Source of the DNA: an uncultured Muribaculaceae bacterium
Lineage (GTDB): Bacteria > Bacillota_I > Bacilli_A > RF39 > UBA660
Length of the DNA stretch: 64,000 nt
Assembly (NCBI GenBank): GCA_964407685.1
Contig: CAYOWI010000001.1
Span: 34,169-98,168, forward strand
Reading direction: 5' to 3'
Under the pieces are notes generated by a model that ran no database searches, was not told where the DNA came from, and saw nothing but the letters and a program-made list of their open reading frames with translations. Shown here in pieces: positions 19,606 through 30,086 of this stretch; position 1 is the stretch's first letter; each line of letters starts with the position of its first letter. The position numbers and the translations under genes were made by a program.

Positions 19606-19726
19606 TGTTCTTTTTTTATAAAAAATATAATAATTTATAATATAATACAAAAAAATAATAATAATAACAAAAATCGACATAATAATTATAGAGCTTCTAT
19701 TATAGTATACAACTTATAAAGAAAGG

Positions 19727-19858
19727 AATGATTATTATTAATAGTTTTTTAATATTTTTAATAGGTGTATTTGTGGGTGGATTATTTATGACGTTTGTAA
19801 TGTGTGCATTGCAAATAAGTAGAATAACAGAATATGAAGAAATATACAAAAAATAAGA
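19727..19858 (+). CDS. 43-aa single-TM small membrane protein
   Basis: MIIINSFLIFLIGVFVGGLFMTFVMCALQISRITEYEEIYKK. Followed by a near-perfect hairpin TCAATTATTAATTAAG...CTTAGTTAATAATTGA plus a T-run. Confidence 0.3.
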
Positions 19859-19930
19859 AGTGTATCAATTATTAATTAAGTTATTAATGCTTAGTTAATA
19901 ATTGATTTTTGTTTTGTAAAAAATTGGTAT

Positions 19931-19959
19931 TTGTTTTTAGAACATATATGTGATATAAT
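19931..19959 (+). promoter_or_regulatory. Sigma-A-type promoter with extended -10 (TTGTTT-17-TG-n-TATAAT) for the capD-like gene
   Basis: TGATATAAT at 19951-19959 and TTGTTT at 19931-19936. Confidence 0.45.
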
Positions 19960-19990
19960 TTTTAACGTTAAGTTTGAAACAGGTGAGATA

Positions 19991-21865
19991 ATGCAAAGGA
20001 TAAATAATGTAGCAAGTAAAAAAACAACAAAAATACTGGTATTTGTACTATTGGATTTATTAGCGTTAATACTATCTTCTGTAGTAGCGGTAGGCTTAAG
20101 GTTTGATTTTAGTAATATTCCTACTAATTATTTTAATAACTCATATCTTTATTTAGTATATGATTTTATAATAATGGTAATCATCTTTGTGTTTTTCAAG
20201 CTATATACTAGCATGTGGTCTTATGCTTCAATAATTGAATTAATAGATATAATATTTTCTTGCATTTGCTTTGAAAGTATAACTTATGCATATAAAGGTA
20301 TATTTGAAATAGCCATGCCAAGAAGCTATTATATAATACAATTATTACTTTTGGTTTTATTTGTGTGTATGTCTAGATTTTCTTTTAGATTTTTAAGATT
20401 TTTAGTAGTTAACGTAGAAAATAAAAGAAAAAATAATAATACTATGATAATTGGAGCAGGATCAGCGGCTAGGTTATTAATTAATGAAATTAATAATAAC
20501 CAAAAGGGATTTACTAATAAGATAAAGTGTATTATTGATGATAATAAAAATAAAAAAGGAACTTATATAAATGGTATTCCTGTTGTAGGTGATAGAAAAA
20601 GTATATTAAAGTATTGTAATAAATATAATATAAACGAAATTATTATAGCAATACCATCGGCATCTAAAGAAGTAATAGAAAAAATTTCTGATGAATGTTC
20701 AAAGACAAAATGTTCTATAAAAATATTACCTGCAATGACAGCATTTATGAATGATGATCAATCAAAAGAAATTTTTAATAAAATGAGACCATTGTCGTAT
20801 GAAGATTTTTTAGGTAGGGATCAAATAGTTGTTGATACAAAAGAAATAGAAAATTCGATTAAAGATAAAGTTATATTAGTAACAGGTGGTGGAGGTTCTA
20901 TTGGTAGTGAATTATGTAGACAAATAGCTAAATGTAATCCAAAGCAGTTAGTTATCTTTGACATATATGAAAATAATGCTTATGATATAGAGCAAGAATT
21001 AAAAAGAAATTATCCAAATTTAAATTTAAAAGCAATAATTGGTTCAGTAAGAGATTATGATAGGTTAGAAGACGTATTTAAAACTTATGAACCTGAATGT
21101 GTATTTCATGCGGCGGCACATAAACATGTACCTTTAATGGAAGTAAGCCCTAATGAGGCTATTAAAAATAACTGTTTAGGAACACTTAATGCAGCTAAAC
21201 TGGCAGATAAATATAAAGTTAAAAGGTTCGTCCTTATTTCAACGGATAAAGCTGTTAGACCTACTAATGTTATGGGTGCAACAAAAAGAATATGTGAAAT
21301 GATAATACAAACCTATGATAAAAAGTCTAAGAATACTGATTATGTTGCGGTAAGATTTGGTAACGTATTAGGAAGTAATGGATCAGTTATACCTCTTTTC
21401 TTAAAACAAATAGAAAATGGTGGCCCAGTTACCGTTACTCATAAAGAAATAACTAGATTCTTTATGACAATACCAGAAGCAGTAAGCTTAGTGCTTCAAG
21501 CTAGTGTTTATGCTTTAGGTGGAGAAATATTTGTTCTAGACATGGGCAAACCAGTTAAAATATATGATTTAGCTAAAAAGTTAATAAGGTATAAAGGTTT
21601 AGAACCAAATGTAGATATAAAAATAGAAGTAACAGGATTAAGACCTGGAGAAAAGTTATATGAAGAAATATTAATGGATGAAGAAGGTTTAAAAGAGACT
21701 CCTAACAAATTAATTCATATAGGTAAGCCAATTCGTTTTGATTCTAAAAAGTTTGAGAAGAAACTAGATGAACTAATAAAAGTGTCATATAAAAATGGTA
21801 GTGATATAAAAGAAAAGGTAGCAGAAATAGTTACAACTTATAAGATTGATAAGAAAAACATTTGA
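19991..21865 (+). CDS. Membrane-bound UDP-N-acetylglucosamine 4,6-dehydratase (CapD/WbpM/PglF-like)
   Basis: Four N-terminal TM helices and an SDR core with VTGGGGSIGSEL Rossmann motif. Typical CapD length. Confidence 0.85.
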   Translation: MQRINNVASKKTTKILVFVLLDLLALILSSVVAVGLRFDFSNIPTNYFNNSYLYLVYDFIIMVIIFVFFKLYTSMWSYASIIELIDIIFSCICFESITYAYKGIFEIAMPRSYYIIQLLLLVLFVCMSRFSFRFLRFLVVNVENKRKNNNTMIIGAGSAARLLINEINNNQKGFTNKIKCIIDDNKNKKGTYINGIPVVGDRKSILKYCNKYNINEIIIAIPSASKEVIEKISDECSKTKCSIKILPAMTAFMNDDQSKEIFNKMRPLSYEDFLGRDQIVVDTKEIENSIKDKVILVTGGGGSIGSELCRQIAKCNPKQLVIFDIYENNAYDIEQELKRNYPNLNLKAIIGSVRDYDRLEDVFKTYEPECVFHAAAHKHVPLMEVSPNEAIKNNCLGTLNAAKLADKYKVKRFVLISTDKAVRPTNVMGATKRICEMIIQTYDKKSKNTDYVAVRFGNVLGSNGSVIPLFLKQIENGGPVTVTHKEITRFFMTIPEAVSLVLQASVYALGGEIFVLDMGKPVKIYDLAKKLIRYKGLEPNVDIKIEVTGLRPGEKLYEEILMDEEGLKETPNKLIHIGKPIRFDSKKFEKKLDELIKVSYKNGSDIKEKVAEIVTTYKIDKKNI

Positions 21866-21960
21866 TTTACTTTTTAGGTAAATTAAATGTTTTATTTTTT
21901 AACTATTTATGATATAATTTAATTAACCAATTACGTTAATCAAAAAGAAAGGAGGAATAA

Positions 21961-22293
21961 ATGAAATTAACATATAAAAATGAAAAACTTAAAAATATTT
22001 GTGAAAATCCCAAATATAATAAGGAATTGGTTAAAAGATATGGAATAGAAGTTGCAAAAAAATTGCCACAAAGAATAAAAGAGTTAAAAGCTTTTAATTC
22101 ATTAAGCGATGTTCCAACTAATCCTCCTTTTAGGAGACATAAATTAAAAGGTGATAGAAAAAATTATTTTACAGTGAATATTACTGGGCAATATAGATTA
22201 ATTTTTAAGCAGAAAGAGAATAATTTAATAATAGAAGATTTAAAAGAAATAAAAGAAATAGAGATAATGGAGGTGTCTAAACATTATGAGTAA
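21961..22293 (+). CDS. higB: HigB-like toxin (RelE/ParE superfamily, killer protein)
   Basis: RRHKLKGDRKNYFTVNITGQYRLIF matches the HigB hkLkGdr...w.i.v...wRi.F core. Confidence 0.7.
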   Translation: MKLTYKNEKLKNICENPKYNKELVKRYGIEVAKKLPQRIKELKAFNSLSDVPTNPPFRRHKLKGDRKNYFTVNITGQYRLIFKQKENNLIIEDLKEIKEIEIMEVSKHYE

Positions 22294-22552
22294 ATTAGAT
22301 AAGTTTGAAGAATATGTAATAGCGCCGGGAGAAACAATTTTAGAATTACTAGAGACTAATTGTATGACGCAATTAGATCTTGCAGATAAAACCGGAATAA
22401 ATAAGAAAACAATAAATGAAATTATCAAAGGTAAAGCACCTATAACTACTTCAACAGCTTTAAAACTTGAATATGTATTTAATATACCTGCAAGTTTTTG
22501 GAATAATTTAGAAAGTAGCTATCGTGAATCGATAGAAAGAAAAAAGATATAG
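22286..22552 (+). CDS. higA: HigA-like antitoxin (XRE-family HTH)
   Basis: PGEILLE...TQLDLADKTGINKKTINEIIKGKAPIT HTH. 8-nt overlap with higB. Confidence 0.7.
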   Translation: MSKLDKFEEYVIAPGETILELLETNCMTQLDLADKTGINKKTINEIIKGKAPITTSTALKLEYVFNIPASFWNNLESSYRESIERKKI

Positions 22553-22602
22553 AATCAATTAAAGAAGATGAAAAATATTTAATTAATATACCATATGCCG
22601 AA

Positions 22603-23355
22603 ATGGCAAGGCGTAATTGGGACTGGATTGTAAAAACAAAAGATTCATATGAGAAAGTTATTAATTTAAGAAAATTTTTTTCTGTTGCTTCTCTTGGATT
22701 TGATACAGAATTAAAAAGAAAATTAGCTTTTAGAAAAAGTTATAATGAAAATTTTTCTTATGACTCATTATATTGCTGGCTAAGATATGGTGAAATTCAG
22801 TCTAATAAAGAGCAATATCCAAAATTTAATATTAAAAAATTAAAAGAAAATTTATGTAAAATTAGAGAACTTGCAAGTAAATCTTTTTTTAAGCAGTTTG
22901 AAAACATTAAAAAAAATCTAAAAGAATGTGGTATAGCATTAATATTTGAACCACATTTACCCAATACTTATGTTAATGGAGTATCATATAAAATAACGTA
23001 TGATAAAGCTATTATAATGATAAGTGATAGAGGTAAAAAAGATGATATTTTATGGTTTACTTTATTTCATGAAATTGCTCATTTAATTAAACATAGCAAA
23101 AAAGAAGTGTTTATAGATTTAGAAAATGGAGAATCTAATAATATGGAGATAGAAGCCGATGAATTTGCTAGAAATATTTTAATACCTGATAATATATATA
23201 ATAACTTTGTTCAAAGTAATGCTGTATATAATGAAAAATTAATTAAGGATTTTTCTATTGAAAATAATATTTCAACAGGAATTGTTGTGGGGCGATTACA
23301 AAAAGATGGAATAATAGGATGGAATCAATTTAATAATTTAATAACAAGGATTTAA
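22603..23355 (+). CDS. ImmA/IrrE-family (M78, DUF955) zinc metallopeptidase
   Basis: HEIAH zinc-binding HExxH motif in an ImmA-like context. Directly follows the XRE-HTH gene. Confidence 0.65.
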   Translation: MARRNWDWIVKTKDSYEKVINLRKFFSVASLGFDTELKRKLAFRKSYNENFSYDSLYCWLRYGEIQSNKEQYPKFNIKKLKENLCKIRELASKSFFKQFENIKKNLKECGIALIFEPHLPNTYVNGVSYKITYDKAIIMISDRGKKDDILWFTLFHEIAHLIKHSKKEVFIDLENGESNNMEIEADEFARNILIPDNIYNNFVQSNAVYNEKLIKDFSIENNISTGIVVGRLQKDGIIGWNQFNNLITRI

Positions 23356-23502
23356 AAAATAATCATTGTTTAATGTTGAATGAAGGTTATAAAAAATATT
23401 AACTAAATGAAATAGTTAATATTTTTTTGTAATTCATTGTGAAATTTAACGATTGGTAGTATAATAAATTCGTATTCTATATAAAAGGATGGAGTAAGTG
23501 AT

Positions 23503-24714
23503 ATGAGTAATAAAAAAAATATTCCTTTTTCACCACCGGATATATCTGAAAAAGAAATAGAAAATGTAATTGAATCTTTAAAGTCCGGGTGGATAACTAC
23601 CGGACCTAAAACAAAGGAATTTGAAAGAAGAATTTCACAATATTGTAACACTTCTAAGACTGCTTGTTTAAGCTCTAATACGGCCTGCCAAGAATTAACA
23701 TTAAGAATTTTAGGTGTGGGTCCAGGCGATGAAGTTATAACTTCGGCTTACACTTACACCGCAAGTGCAAGTGTAATTAATCATGTTGGTGCTAAAGTAG
23801 TACTTGTAGATACACAAAAAGATTCATATGAAATGGATTATGATGCTTTAGAGAAAGCTATCACAGATAAAACAAAAGTTATAATACCAGTTGATATAGC
23901 TGGAGTTATGTGTGATTATGATAAAATATTTGAAATAGTTAATAGAAAAAAGAGTTTATTTAAAGCTAGTAATGAAATCCAAGAAAAATATGGAAGAGTA
24001 ATTGTATGCGCTGATGGAGCTCATTCTTTTGGAGCAACATATAAAGGTAAAAAGTCGGGAAGTGTAGCTGATTTTACAAGCTTTTCATTTCATGCGGTTA
24101 AAAATTTAACAACTGCTGAAGGTGGCGCAGTAACATGGAAATCAGTAGATGGCTTGGACGATGAGTATATATATAAGCAATATATGTTGTATTCTTTACA
24201 CGGTCAATCAAAGGATGCTTTATCTAAAACAAAACTTGGTGCTTGGGAATATGATATTGTTTACCCAGCTTTTAAATGTAATATGACAGATATATCGGCA
24301 GCTATTGGATTAGCGCAATTAGATAGGTATGAAGATTTGTTAAAGAGAAGAAAAGAAATAATAGATTTATATAAAAAATTATTAAATAATGAAAAATTAG
24401 AAATAATAAATCATGAAAATGGTGATAGTATTTCTTCAAAACATTTAATGCTTACTAGGGTTAATAATATTAATGAACAAAAAAGAAATGAAATAATAAC
24501 GTTATTAGCAGAAAATGGAGTTTCTTCAAATGTACATTATAAACCACTTCCTATGCACACGGCATATAAAAATTTAGGATTTAACATTAAGGATTTTCCT
24601 AATGCATTTAATTTATATAAAAATGAAATAACTTTGCCACTTCATACTTTGCTATCAAATGAAGATATTGAGTATATTTGCGAAAAATACAATGAAATAT
24701 TAAAAGAAATATAG
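23503..24714 (+). CDS. DegT/DnrJ/EryC1/StrS-family PLP-dependent sugar aminotransferase
   Basis: N-terminal PFSPPDISEKEIE...SGWITTGPKTKEFE, with a Lys-containing region typical of sugar-nucleotide aminotransferases. Confidence 0.85.
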   Translation: MSNKKNIPFSPPDISEKEIENVIESLKSGWITTGPKTKEFERRISQYCNTSKTACLSSNTACQELTLRILGVGPGDEVITSAYTYTASASVINHVGAKVVLVDTQKDSYEMDYDALEKAITDKTKVIIPVDIAGVMCDYDKIFEIVNRKKSLFKASNEIQEKYGRVIVCADGAHSFGATYKGKKSGSVADFTSFSFHAVKNLTTAEGGAVTWKSVDGLDDEYIYKQYMLYSLHGQSKDALSKTKLGAWEYDIVYPAFKCNMTDISAAIGLAQLDRYEDLLKRRKEIIDLYKKLLNNEKLEIINHENGDSISSKHLMLTRVNNINEQKRNEIITLLAENGVSSNVHYKPLPMHTAYKNLGFNIKDFPNAFNLYKNEITLPLHTLLSNEDIEYICEKYNEILKEI

Positions 24715-24734
24715 TTTATAAGGTGTGATATTAT

Positions 24735-25427
24735 ATGAAAAGATGGAATGATATTCCAGATTTTATGAAGAATAAAGAAGTAAAAAAATATTATGATATA
24801 TTAAGTAGTAAAAAAATTGATTTATTTTTTAAAAGATTATTTGATGTTATAGCAAGTCTCTTAGGATTAATTATAGCATCACCAATTTTATTGGTATTAG
24901 CGATAGCTATAAAAATAGATTCAAAAGGGCCTGTTTTTTATAGACAAGAAAGAATAACTAGGTATGGAAAAAAATTTAAAATATTTAAATTTAGGACGAT
25001 GGTATGTAACGCAGATAAAATAGGAAGTTTAATTACGGTTGAAAATGATTCTAGAATTACTAAGGTAGGAAATTTAATTAGAAAATCAAGGTTAGATGAG
25101 TTTCCTCAATTAATAAATGTTTTAATTGGTGATATGACATTTGTTGGAACAAGGCCTGAAGTAGAAAAATATGTAAACAAATATGACGATAAGATGAAAG
25201 CCACTTTATTAATGAGAGCCGGCATTACATCTAATGCATCTATAGAGTATAGAAATGAAGATGAAGTTATAAATAAGTATTTAAAAAAAGGTGAAACAGT
25301 TGATGACATATATGTAAATAGGGTTTTACCTAAAAAGATGAAATATAATTTAGAAGATATTGAAAAGTTTAATATATTTAGGGAACTTAAGATATGCATC
25401 AATACTGTTATAGCAGTATTGAAATAG
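24735..25427 (+). CDS. Small bacterial sugar transferase (PglC/WbaP C-domain-like initiating phosphoglycosyltransferase)
   Basis: Single TM helix plus PVFYRQERITRYGKKFKIFKFRTM motif. Confidence 0.85.
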   Translation: MKRWNDIPDFMKNKEVKKYYDILSSKKIDLFFKRLFDVIASLLGLIIASPILLVLAIAIKIDSKGPVFYRQERITRYGKKFKIFKFRTMVCNADKIGSLITVENDSRITKVGNLIRKSRLDEFPQLINVLIGDMTFVGTRPEVEKYVNKYDDKMKATLLMRAGITSNASIEYRNEDEVINKYLKKGETVDDIYVNRVLPKKMKYNLEDIEKFNIFRELKICINTVIAVLK

Positions 25428-25443
25428 AAAAGGATGATTTATT

Positions 25444-26256
25444 ATGAAATATAGTGTTTTAATGACGGTATATAAAAACGATAATCCAAAATATTTTAAT
25501 CTGGCTTTGGAAAGCATGATAAATCAAACTTTAAAAGCAGATGAAATAATATTAGTAAAGGATGGCCCTATTACTAATGATTTGCAAAGCGTGATTGATA
25601 GAGCAAAGAAAAAATATAAAAAAATTATCGAAGTAAATTTGTCTAAAAATGTAGGATTAGGTCTTGCACTTAATGAAGGGCTGAAATTTTGTAAAAATGA
25701 ATTAGTTGCAAGAATGGATTCTGATGATATTTCAGAATTAGATAGATGTAAAAAGCAAATTAAATTATTTGAGAATGATAAAGATTTAGATATCGCAGGA
25801 TGTCCCGTTAAGGAATTTATTGATACAAAGGATAATGTTATTTCTTATAGAAATGTACCATTATCAAATGAAGCAATATATAAATATGCAAAAACTCGTG
25901 ACCCATTTAATCATCCAACTGTTATGTATAAAAAAAGTAAAGTTTTAAAAGTTGGTGGATATGGTGATTATAGAAAAAATCAAGATACAGATTTATGGAT
26001 TAAAATGTTAAATGATGGATGTAAATGTATAAATACTAAAGAATATTTATTAAATTTTAGATTCGATGAAGGAACTTATAAAAAAAGAAAAAGTTGGATT
26101 AATACTAAATTGTTAATAAGAATAAGGTGGAATGCTTATAAAATAGGTTTCACATCATTATCTGATTTTATTAAAATATTTATTATTCAATTAGGAATAT
26201 ATATAATGCCAGCAGGATTTCAAAAATTTATATATAAAAAAATATTAAGGAGATAG
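25444..26256 (+). CDS. Glycosyltransferase family 2
   Basis: YSVLMTVYKNDNPKYF...DGPITND and DSDD motifs. Confidence 0.75.
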   Translation: MKYSVLMTVYKNDNPKYFNLALESMINQTLKADEIILVKDGPITNDLQSVIDRAKKKYKKIIEVNLSKNVGLGLALNEGLKFCKNELVARMDSDDISELDRCKKQIKLFENDKDLDIAGCPVKEFIDTKDNVISYRNVPLSNEAIYKYAKTRDPFNHPTVMYKKSKVLKVGGYGDYRKNQDTDLWIKMLNDGCKCINTKEYLLNFRFDEGTYKKRKSWINTKLLIRIRWNAYKIGFTSLSDFIKIFIIQLGIYIMPAGFQKFIYKKILRR

Positions 26257-26259
26257 ATT

Positions 26260-27549
26260 ATGAGATTAGAACAATATATTAATAATTTTCTAAATAGGAT
26301 TCCTTTTTTTAAAAGAATTATTAAGAGGATGTATCAAATTGGAATGTATGCAATATCTCCAAAAATAAAGAGTGAAGGGAAAATAAAAAAAGTTTCACCA
26401 AACGATAAGGAACATGAATATTTTTTTGGATATTATGATAAGTCTCCATGGGATAAAGAAGATAGATATATTTTATGTTTAAGAGCTAATAATACATGGA
26501 AAGATGTTAATCCAAAAGAAAAAGCAGACATTATTATTATAGATACTAATAAATCTTATAGTGATAAAAGTAGAGTAAAAAAAATTGCTGAAACGTCTGC
26601 TTGGAATGTGCAACAAGGATGTATGTTGCAGTGGCTTGGGCCCGATTTTTCGAGCAAGATAATTTATAATGATTATAGAAATAAAAAATATGTTTCTGTT
26701 ATCTTAGAATTGTCTACGGGAAAAGAAAAGATAATTGATAAACCAATTTATTCTGTTTCAGAAGACGGAAAATTTGCATTAACGCTTGATTTTTCAAGAT
26801 TGTATAATTTGAGACCAGGATATGGTTATTATAATGAAGAAGAAAAAACTAAAAATATATTATTGCCTGATTCAACTGCTATATGGAAGATAGATTTACA
26901 TAAAAATAAAGTTGTACCATTATTAAAATATACAGATTTTGCAAATTTCAAACCAAGAAAAGAAATGCGAGAAAATGGAAGTATTCATAAAGTAAATCAT
27001 ATAATGTTATCCCCAAATGGAAAAAGGTTTATGGTGTTGTATAGGTGGTTTAATGGTCAAAGAAAATATACAAGATTGATTACTTGTGATATAAATGGAA
27101 AAAATATGTATTTATTAAGCGATGATAATATGGTTAGCCATTGCTTTTGGAAAAATGATAAAGAAATCTTAGCATTTGAAAATAAGAAAAAGACTGGACA
27201 TGGATATTATTTAATGGAGGATAGGACTAATAAATATAAGCATTGTTGGCCACAATTTTCGAATGATGGGCACCCAAGTTATTCACCAAAAAGAGATTTA
27301 GTTGTTACGGATTCATATCCAAATAGATTTAGAATACAGGAAATAAATATAATGAATGGTGATGAGAAAATAAAAAATAATACTACTATAGCAAAAGTTT
27401 TTTCACCATTTAAGTATGATAATGATACAAGATGTGATTTGCATCCTAGATGGAATCATAATGGTGATAAAATATGTTTTGACAGTGTTTTTGAAGGAAA
27501 AAGAGGATTATATATTGTTAAAGTAAGTGAGATGAATTCAAATGATTAA
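26260..27549 (+). CDS. Hypothetical protein (possibly beta-propeller fold), function unknown
   Basis: No motif recognised. Embedded in the glycosyltransferase operon with 3-nt spacing. Confidence 0.4.
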   Translation: MRLEQYINNFLNRIPFFKRIIKRMYQIGMYAISPKIKSEGKIKKVSPNDKEHEYFFGYYDKSPWDKEDRYILCLRANNTWKDVNPKEKADIIIIDTNKSYSDKSRVKKIAETSAWNVQQGCMLQWLGPDFSSKIIYNDYRNKKYVSVILELSTGKEKIIDKPIYSVSEDGKFALTLDFSRLYNLRPGYGYYNEEEKTKNILLPDSTAIWKIDLHKNKVVPLLKYTDFANFKPRKEMRENGSIHKVNHIMLSPNGKRFMVLYRWFNGQRKYTRLITCDINGKNMYLLSDDNMVSHCFWKNDKEILAFENKKKTGHGYYLMEDRTNKYKHCWPQFSNDGHPSYSPKRDLVVTDSYPNRFRIQEINIMNGDEKIKNNTTIAKVFSPFKYDNDTRCDLHPRWNHNGDKICFDSVFEGKRGLYIVKVSEMNSND

Positions 27550-28507
27550 ATATAGTATAATAACACCTAATTACAATGGATTCGATTTAATGGCTGATTA
27601 TTTTAAATCGCTGGAGAATCAAACATATAATGACTTTGAAGTTATTATTGTAGATGATTGTTCAACTGATGATTCATATAACAAACTTTTAGAATACAAA
27701 AAAAATAGTAAATTAAAGTTATATGTGTATAAAACAAATGTAAACTCTGGCCCAGGAGTTGCAAGAAATATTGGTATTAATAAATCAAACGGAGAGTATA
27801 TTACGTTTATAGATAATGATGACTGGGTAGAAAAAAAAATGCTAGAAGAAATTAATAATATAATTATAAAAAAAGAGTATGACTGTGTAATATATGATTA
27901 CTCTTTAGATTTTGAAAATAAAACAACTGACTCATCTTCTGTATATGGAGATTTTAATAAAAAATTAAAAAAAACTGATGCAATAAGATATATAAGAAAC
28001 CATTCAGTATGTAAGTTTTATAAAAATTCCATAATTAAGAAAAATAATTTATTATATCCAAAATTAAGAAGACATGAAGATATAGCTTTTGTAGGGAGTG
28101 TATTAACTAAATGTGAGTCTTTCTATTATTTAAAAAAATCTTTATATCATTATGTACAACGAAAAAAATCATTATCAAAAAGTACTTTCATTAATGAAAG
28201 TACTCTTGTTGATGCATATAATGTACTTAAAAAAAATTATTCAAAAAAATATGAAAAAGAATTAAAAGAAAAATCAATAATGGATTTGTTATATAATATG
28301 GTTTTATTAATGTGTAAAAATAATAGAAAAAATTCTGAGATAAGAAAATTTATTATAGATTTTGAAAAAGATAATCCTAATTGGAAAAAATATGACATAA
28401 ATAATTATATTGGAGTTTCAAAAAAGATATTTTTAAAATTAATACACTATAAATTTATTATTATTTTAAAAATATTATCTTTTATTCACACATTATTAGG
28501 AGGATAA
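27542..28507 (+). CDS. Glycosyltransferase family 2
   Basis: YSIITPNYNG...VIIVDDCSTDDS and FIDNDD motifs. Confidence 0.75.
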   Translation: MIKYSIITPNYNGFDLMADYFKSLENQTYNDFEVIIVDDCSTDDSYNKLLEYKKNSKLKLYVYKTNVNSGPGVARNIGINKSNGEYITFIDNDDWVEKKMLEEINNIIIKKEYDCVIYDYSLDFENKTTDSSSVYGDFNKKLKKTDAIRYIRNHSVCKFYKNSIIKKNNLLYPKLRRHEDIAFVGSVLTKCESFYYLKKSLYHYVQRKKSLSKSTFINESTLVDAYNVLKKNYSKKYEKELKEKSIMDLLYNMVLLMCKNNRKNSEIRKFIIDFEKDNPNWKKYDINNYIGVSKKIFLKLIHYKFIIILKILSFIHTLLGG

Positions 28508-28508
28508 T

Positions 28509-28997
28509 ATGAATATTATTAATAATTATCAGTATAGATTTAATTATAAAAATTATTTAAAAAAAAGATATAAGATTCAATTTTTAAAAAATAAAATTAT
28601 AAAATATTTTTTTTTAATATATTTAAGAAGAATTGAAAATAGTATGAATTCTAGCACTGGATTGGGATTAGGAACAAAAAAAAGTCCTTGTTGCTTTATA
28701 GGTACTAATTTAATGTTGCCACATCGATTAAATAATATAATAATTGCTAGAAATGTTGAAATTGGAAATAACGTAACAATTTATCATAATGTTACTATAG
28801 CGGAAGAAAATCCTAAAAAGAAAACTATAATACATGATAATGTAATAATTGGTGCTGGTACTGTTATTTTGAATAATGTAGAAATTGGTAGAGGCGCAGT
28901 TATAGGAGCTAATTCAGTAGTAACTAAAAATGTTGAAAAAAATTCTATTGTGGCGGGTAATCCAGCTAAAGTTATAAAGGAGAGAAAAGTAATATGA
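28509..28997 (+). CDS. Hexapeptide-repeat (LbH) sugar O-acetyltransferase
   Basis: Repeated [LIV]G-x4 hexads (IGNNVTIYHNVTIAEE...IGAGTVILNNVEIGRGAVIGANSVV). Confidence 0.7.
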   Translation: MNIINNYQYRFNYKNYLKKRYKIQFLKNKIIKYFFLIYLRRIENSMNSSTGLGLGTKKSPCCFIGTNLMLPHRLNNIIIARNVEIGNNVTIYHNVTIAEENPKKKTIIHDNVIIGAGTVILNNVEIGRGAVIGANSVVTKNVEKNSIVAGNPAKVIKERKVI

Positions 28998-30067
28998 AAA
29001 TATTATTTATAGGATATTTACATGGATTTGGAGGTGCTGAAAAACAAATGATTTTACTAGCTAATGAAATGGCTAATAGAAATCATGATGTTAATTTTAT
29101 ATCATTGTATAAAAATAATGAATGCTATGGTATAGATGAAAGAATTAAAAGAAAGTTTATTAAAGATAGGGGCTTTTCAATATTTAAAATATTAAATAGA
29201 TATATAGAATTAAGAAGTGAAATAAAAAAAATAAAACCAGATTTAATTATAAACTTTTGGTTTCAATCTGCTTATTTTACTGCTTTAATGCCTAAAAAAT
29301 ATACTGGAAAAATAATATATTCAGAAAGAGGAGATCCCGGAGATAAAGAGTATAATGGAATGCTTGGTTTTATAAGAAAAATAATTTTTCCTAAGATAGA
29401 TGGATTTATTTTTCAAACAACAGGAGCAAGAAGTTATTTTGGAAAGAAAATCATAAATAAAGGAATAATTATTCCAAATCCTGTTAGTGTTGAAAATATA
29501 AGTGTAGTGGATTTTAAAGATAGAAAAGATAAAATTGTATGTGTAGGTAGATTGCATGAACAAAAAAATTTATCATTAATTATAAAAGCATTTAATGATA
29601 TTAAAAATAAATATAAAAGTTATACATTACATATATATGGAGATGGGGAATTAAAAGAAGAACTTGATGATTTAATTGAAAATTTGAATGCAAAAAATCA
29701 AATCTTTTTAGAAGGTGCAAAGAAAGATGTTTTAAATTATATAAAAGATGCAAAATTGTTTGTTTTAAGTTCAAATTACGAGGGTATGCCAAATGCGTTA
29801 CTGGAGGCTATGTCAATTGGCATTCCGTGTATAACGACAAACTGGAGTCCTGGTGGAGCGTATGATATATTGTCAGATAAAAATAATGGATTAATAGTTC
29901 CAAAAAATGATAAAAAAGAGCTTTCAAAAGCTATAGCATATATGCTCGATAATACCGATTTTTCTAGAAAATGCAGCATTCAAACAATTAAGGAAAAAGA
30001 AAAATATTCGGCGCAAAAAATATATGATAAATGGGAAATATATTTTAAAGAAATAATAAAAAAATAA
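28994..30067 (+). CDS. Glycosyltransferase family 4
   Basis: GT-B fold, C-terminal EGMPNALLEAMSIGIPCITT (E-x7-E region). Confidence 0.8.
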   Translation: MKILFIGYLHGFGGAEKQMILLANEMANRNHDVNFISLYKNNECYGIDERIKRKFIKDRGFSIFKILNRYIELRSEIKKIKPDLIINFWFQSAYFTALMPKKYTGKIIYSERGDPGDKEYNGMLGFIRKIIFPKIDGFIFQTTGARSYFGKKIINKGIIIPNPVSVENISVVDFKDRKDKIVCVGRLHEQKNLSLIIKAFNDIKNKYKSYTLHIYGDGELKEELDDLIENLNAKNQIFLEGAKKDVLNYIKDAKLFVLSSNYEGMPNALLEAMSIGIPCITTNWSPGGAYDILSDKNNGLIVPKNDKKELSKAIAYMLDNTDFSRKCSIQTIKEKEKYSAQKIYDKWEIYFKEIIKK

Positions 30068-30086
30068 AAAATATTTGGAGGTTAAT

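Noticed and set aside
26260-27549. Assigning the 429-aa protein as an oligogalacturonide lyase or glycoside hydrolase
   Set aside because: There is only a vague impression of a beta-propeller-like repeat pattern with no diagnostic motif. It is left as hypothetical.
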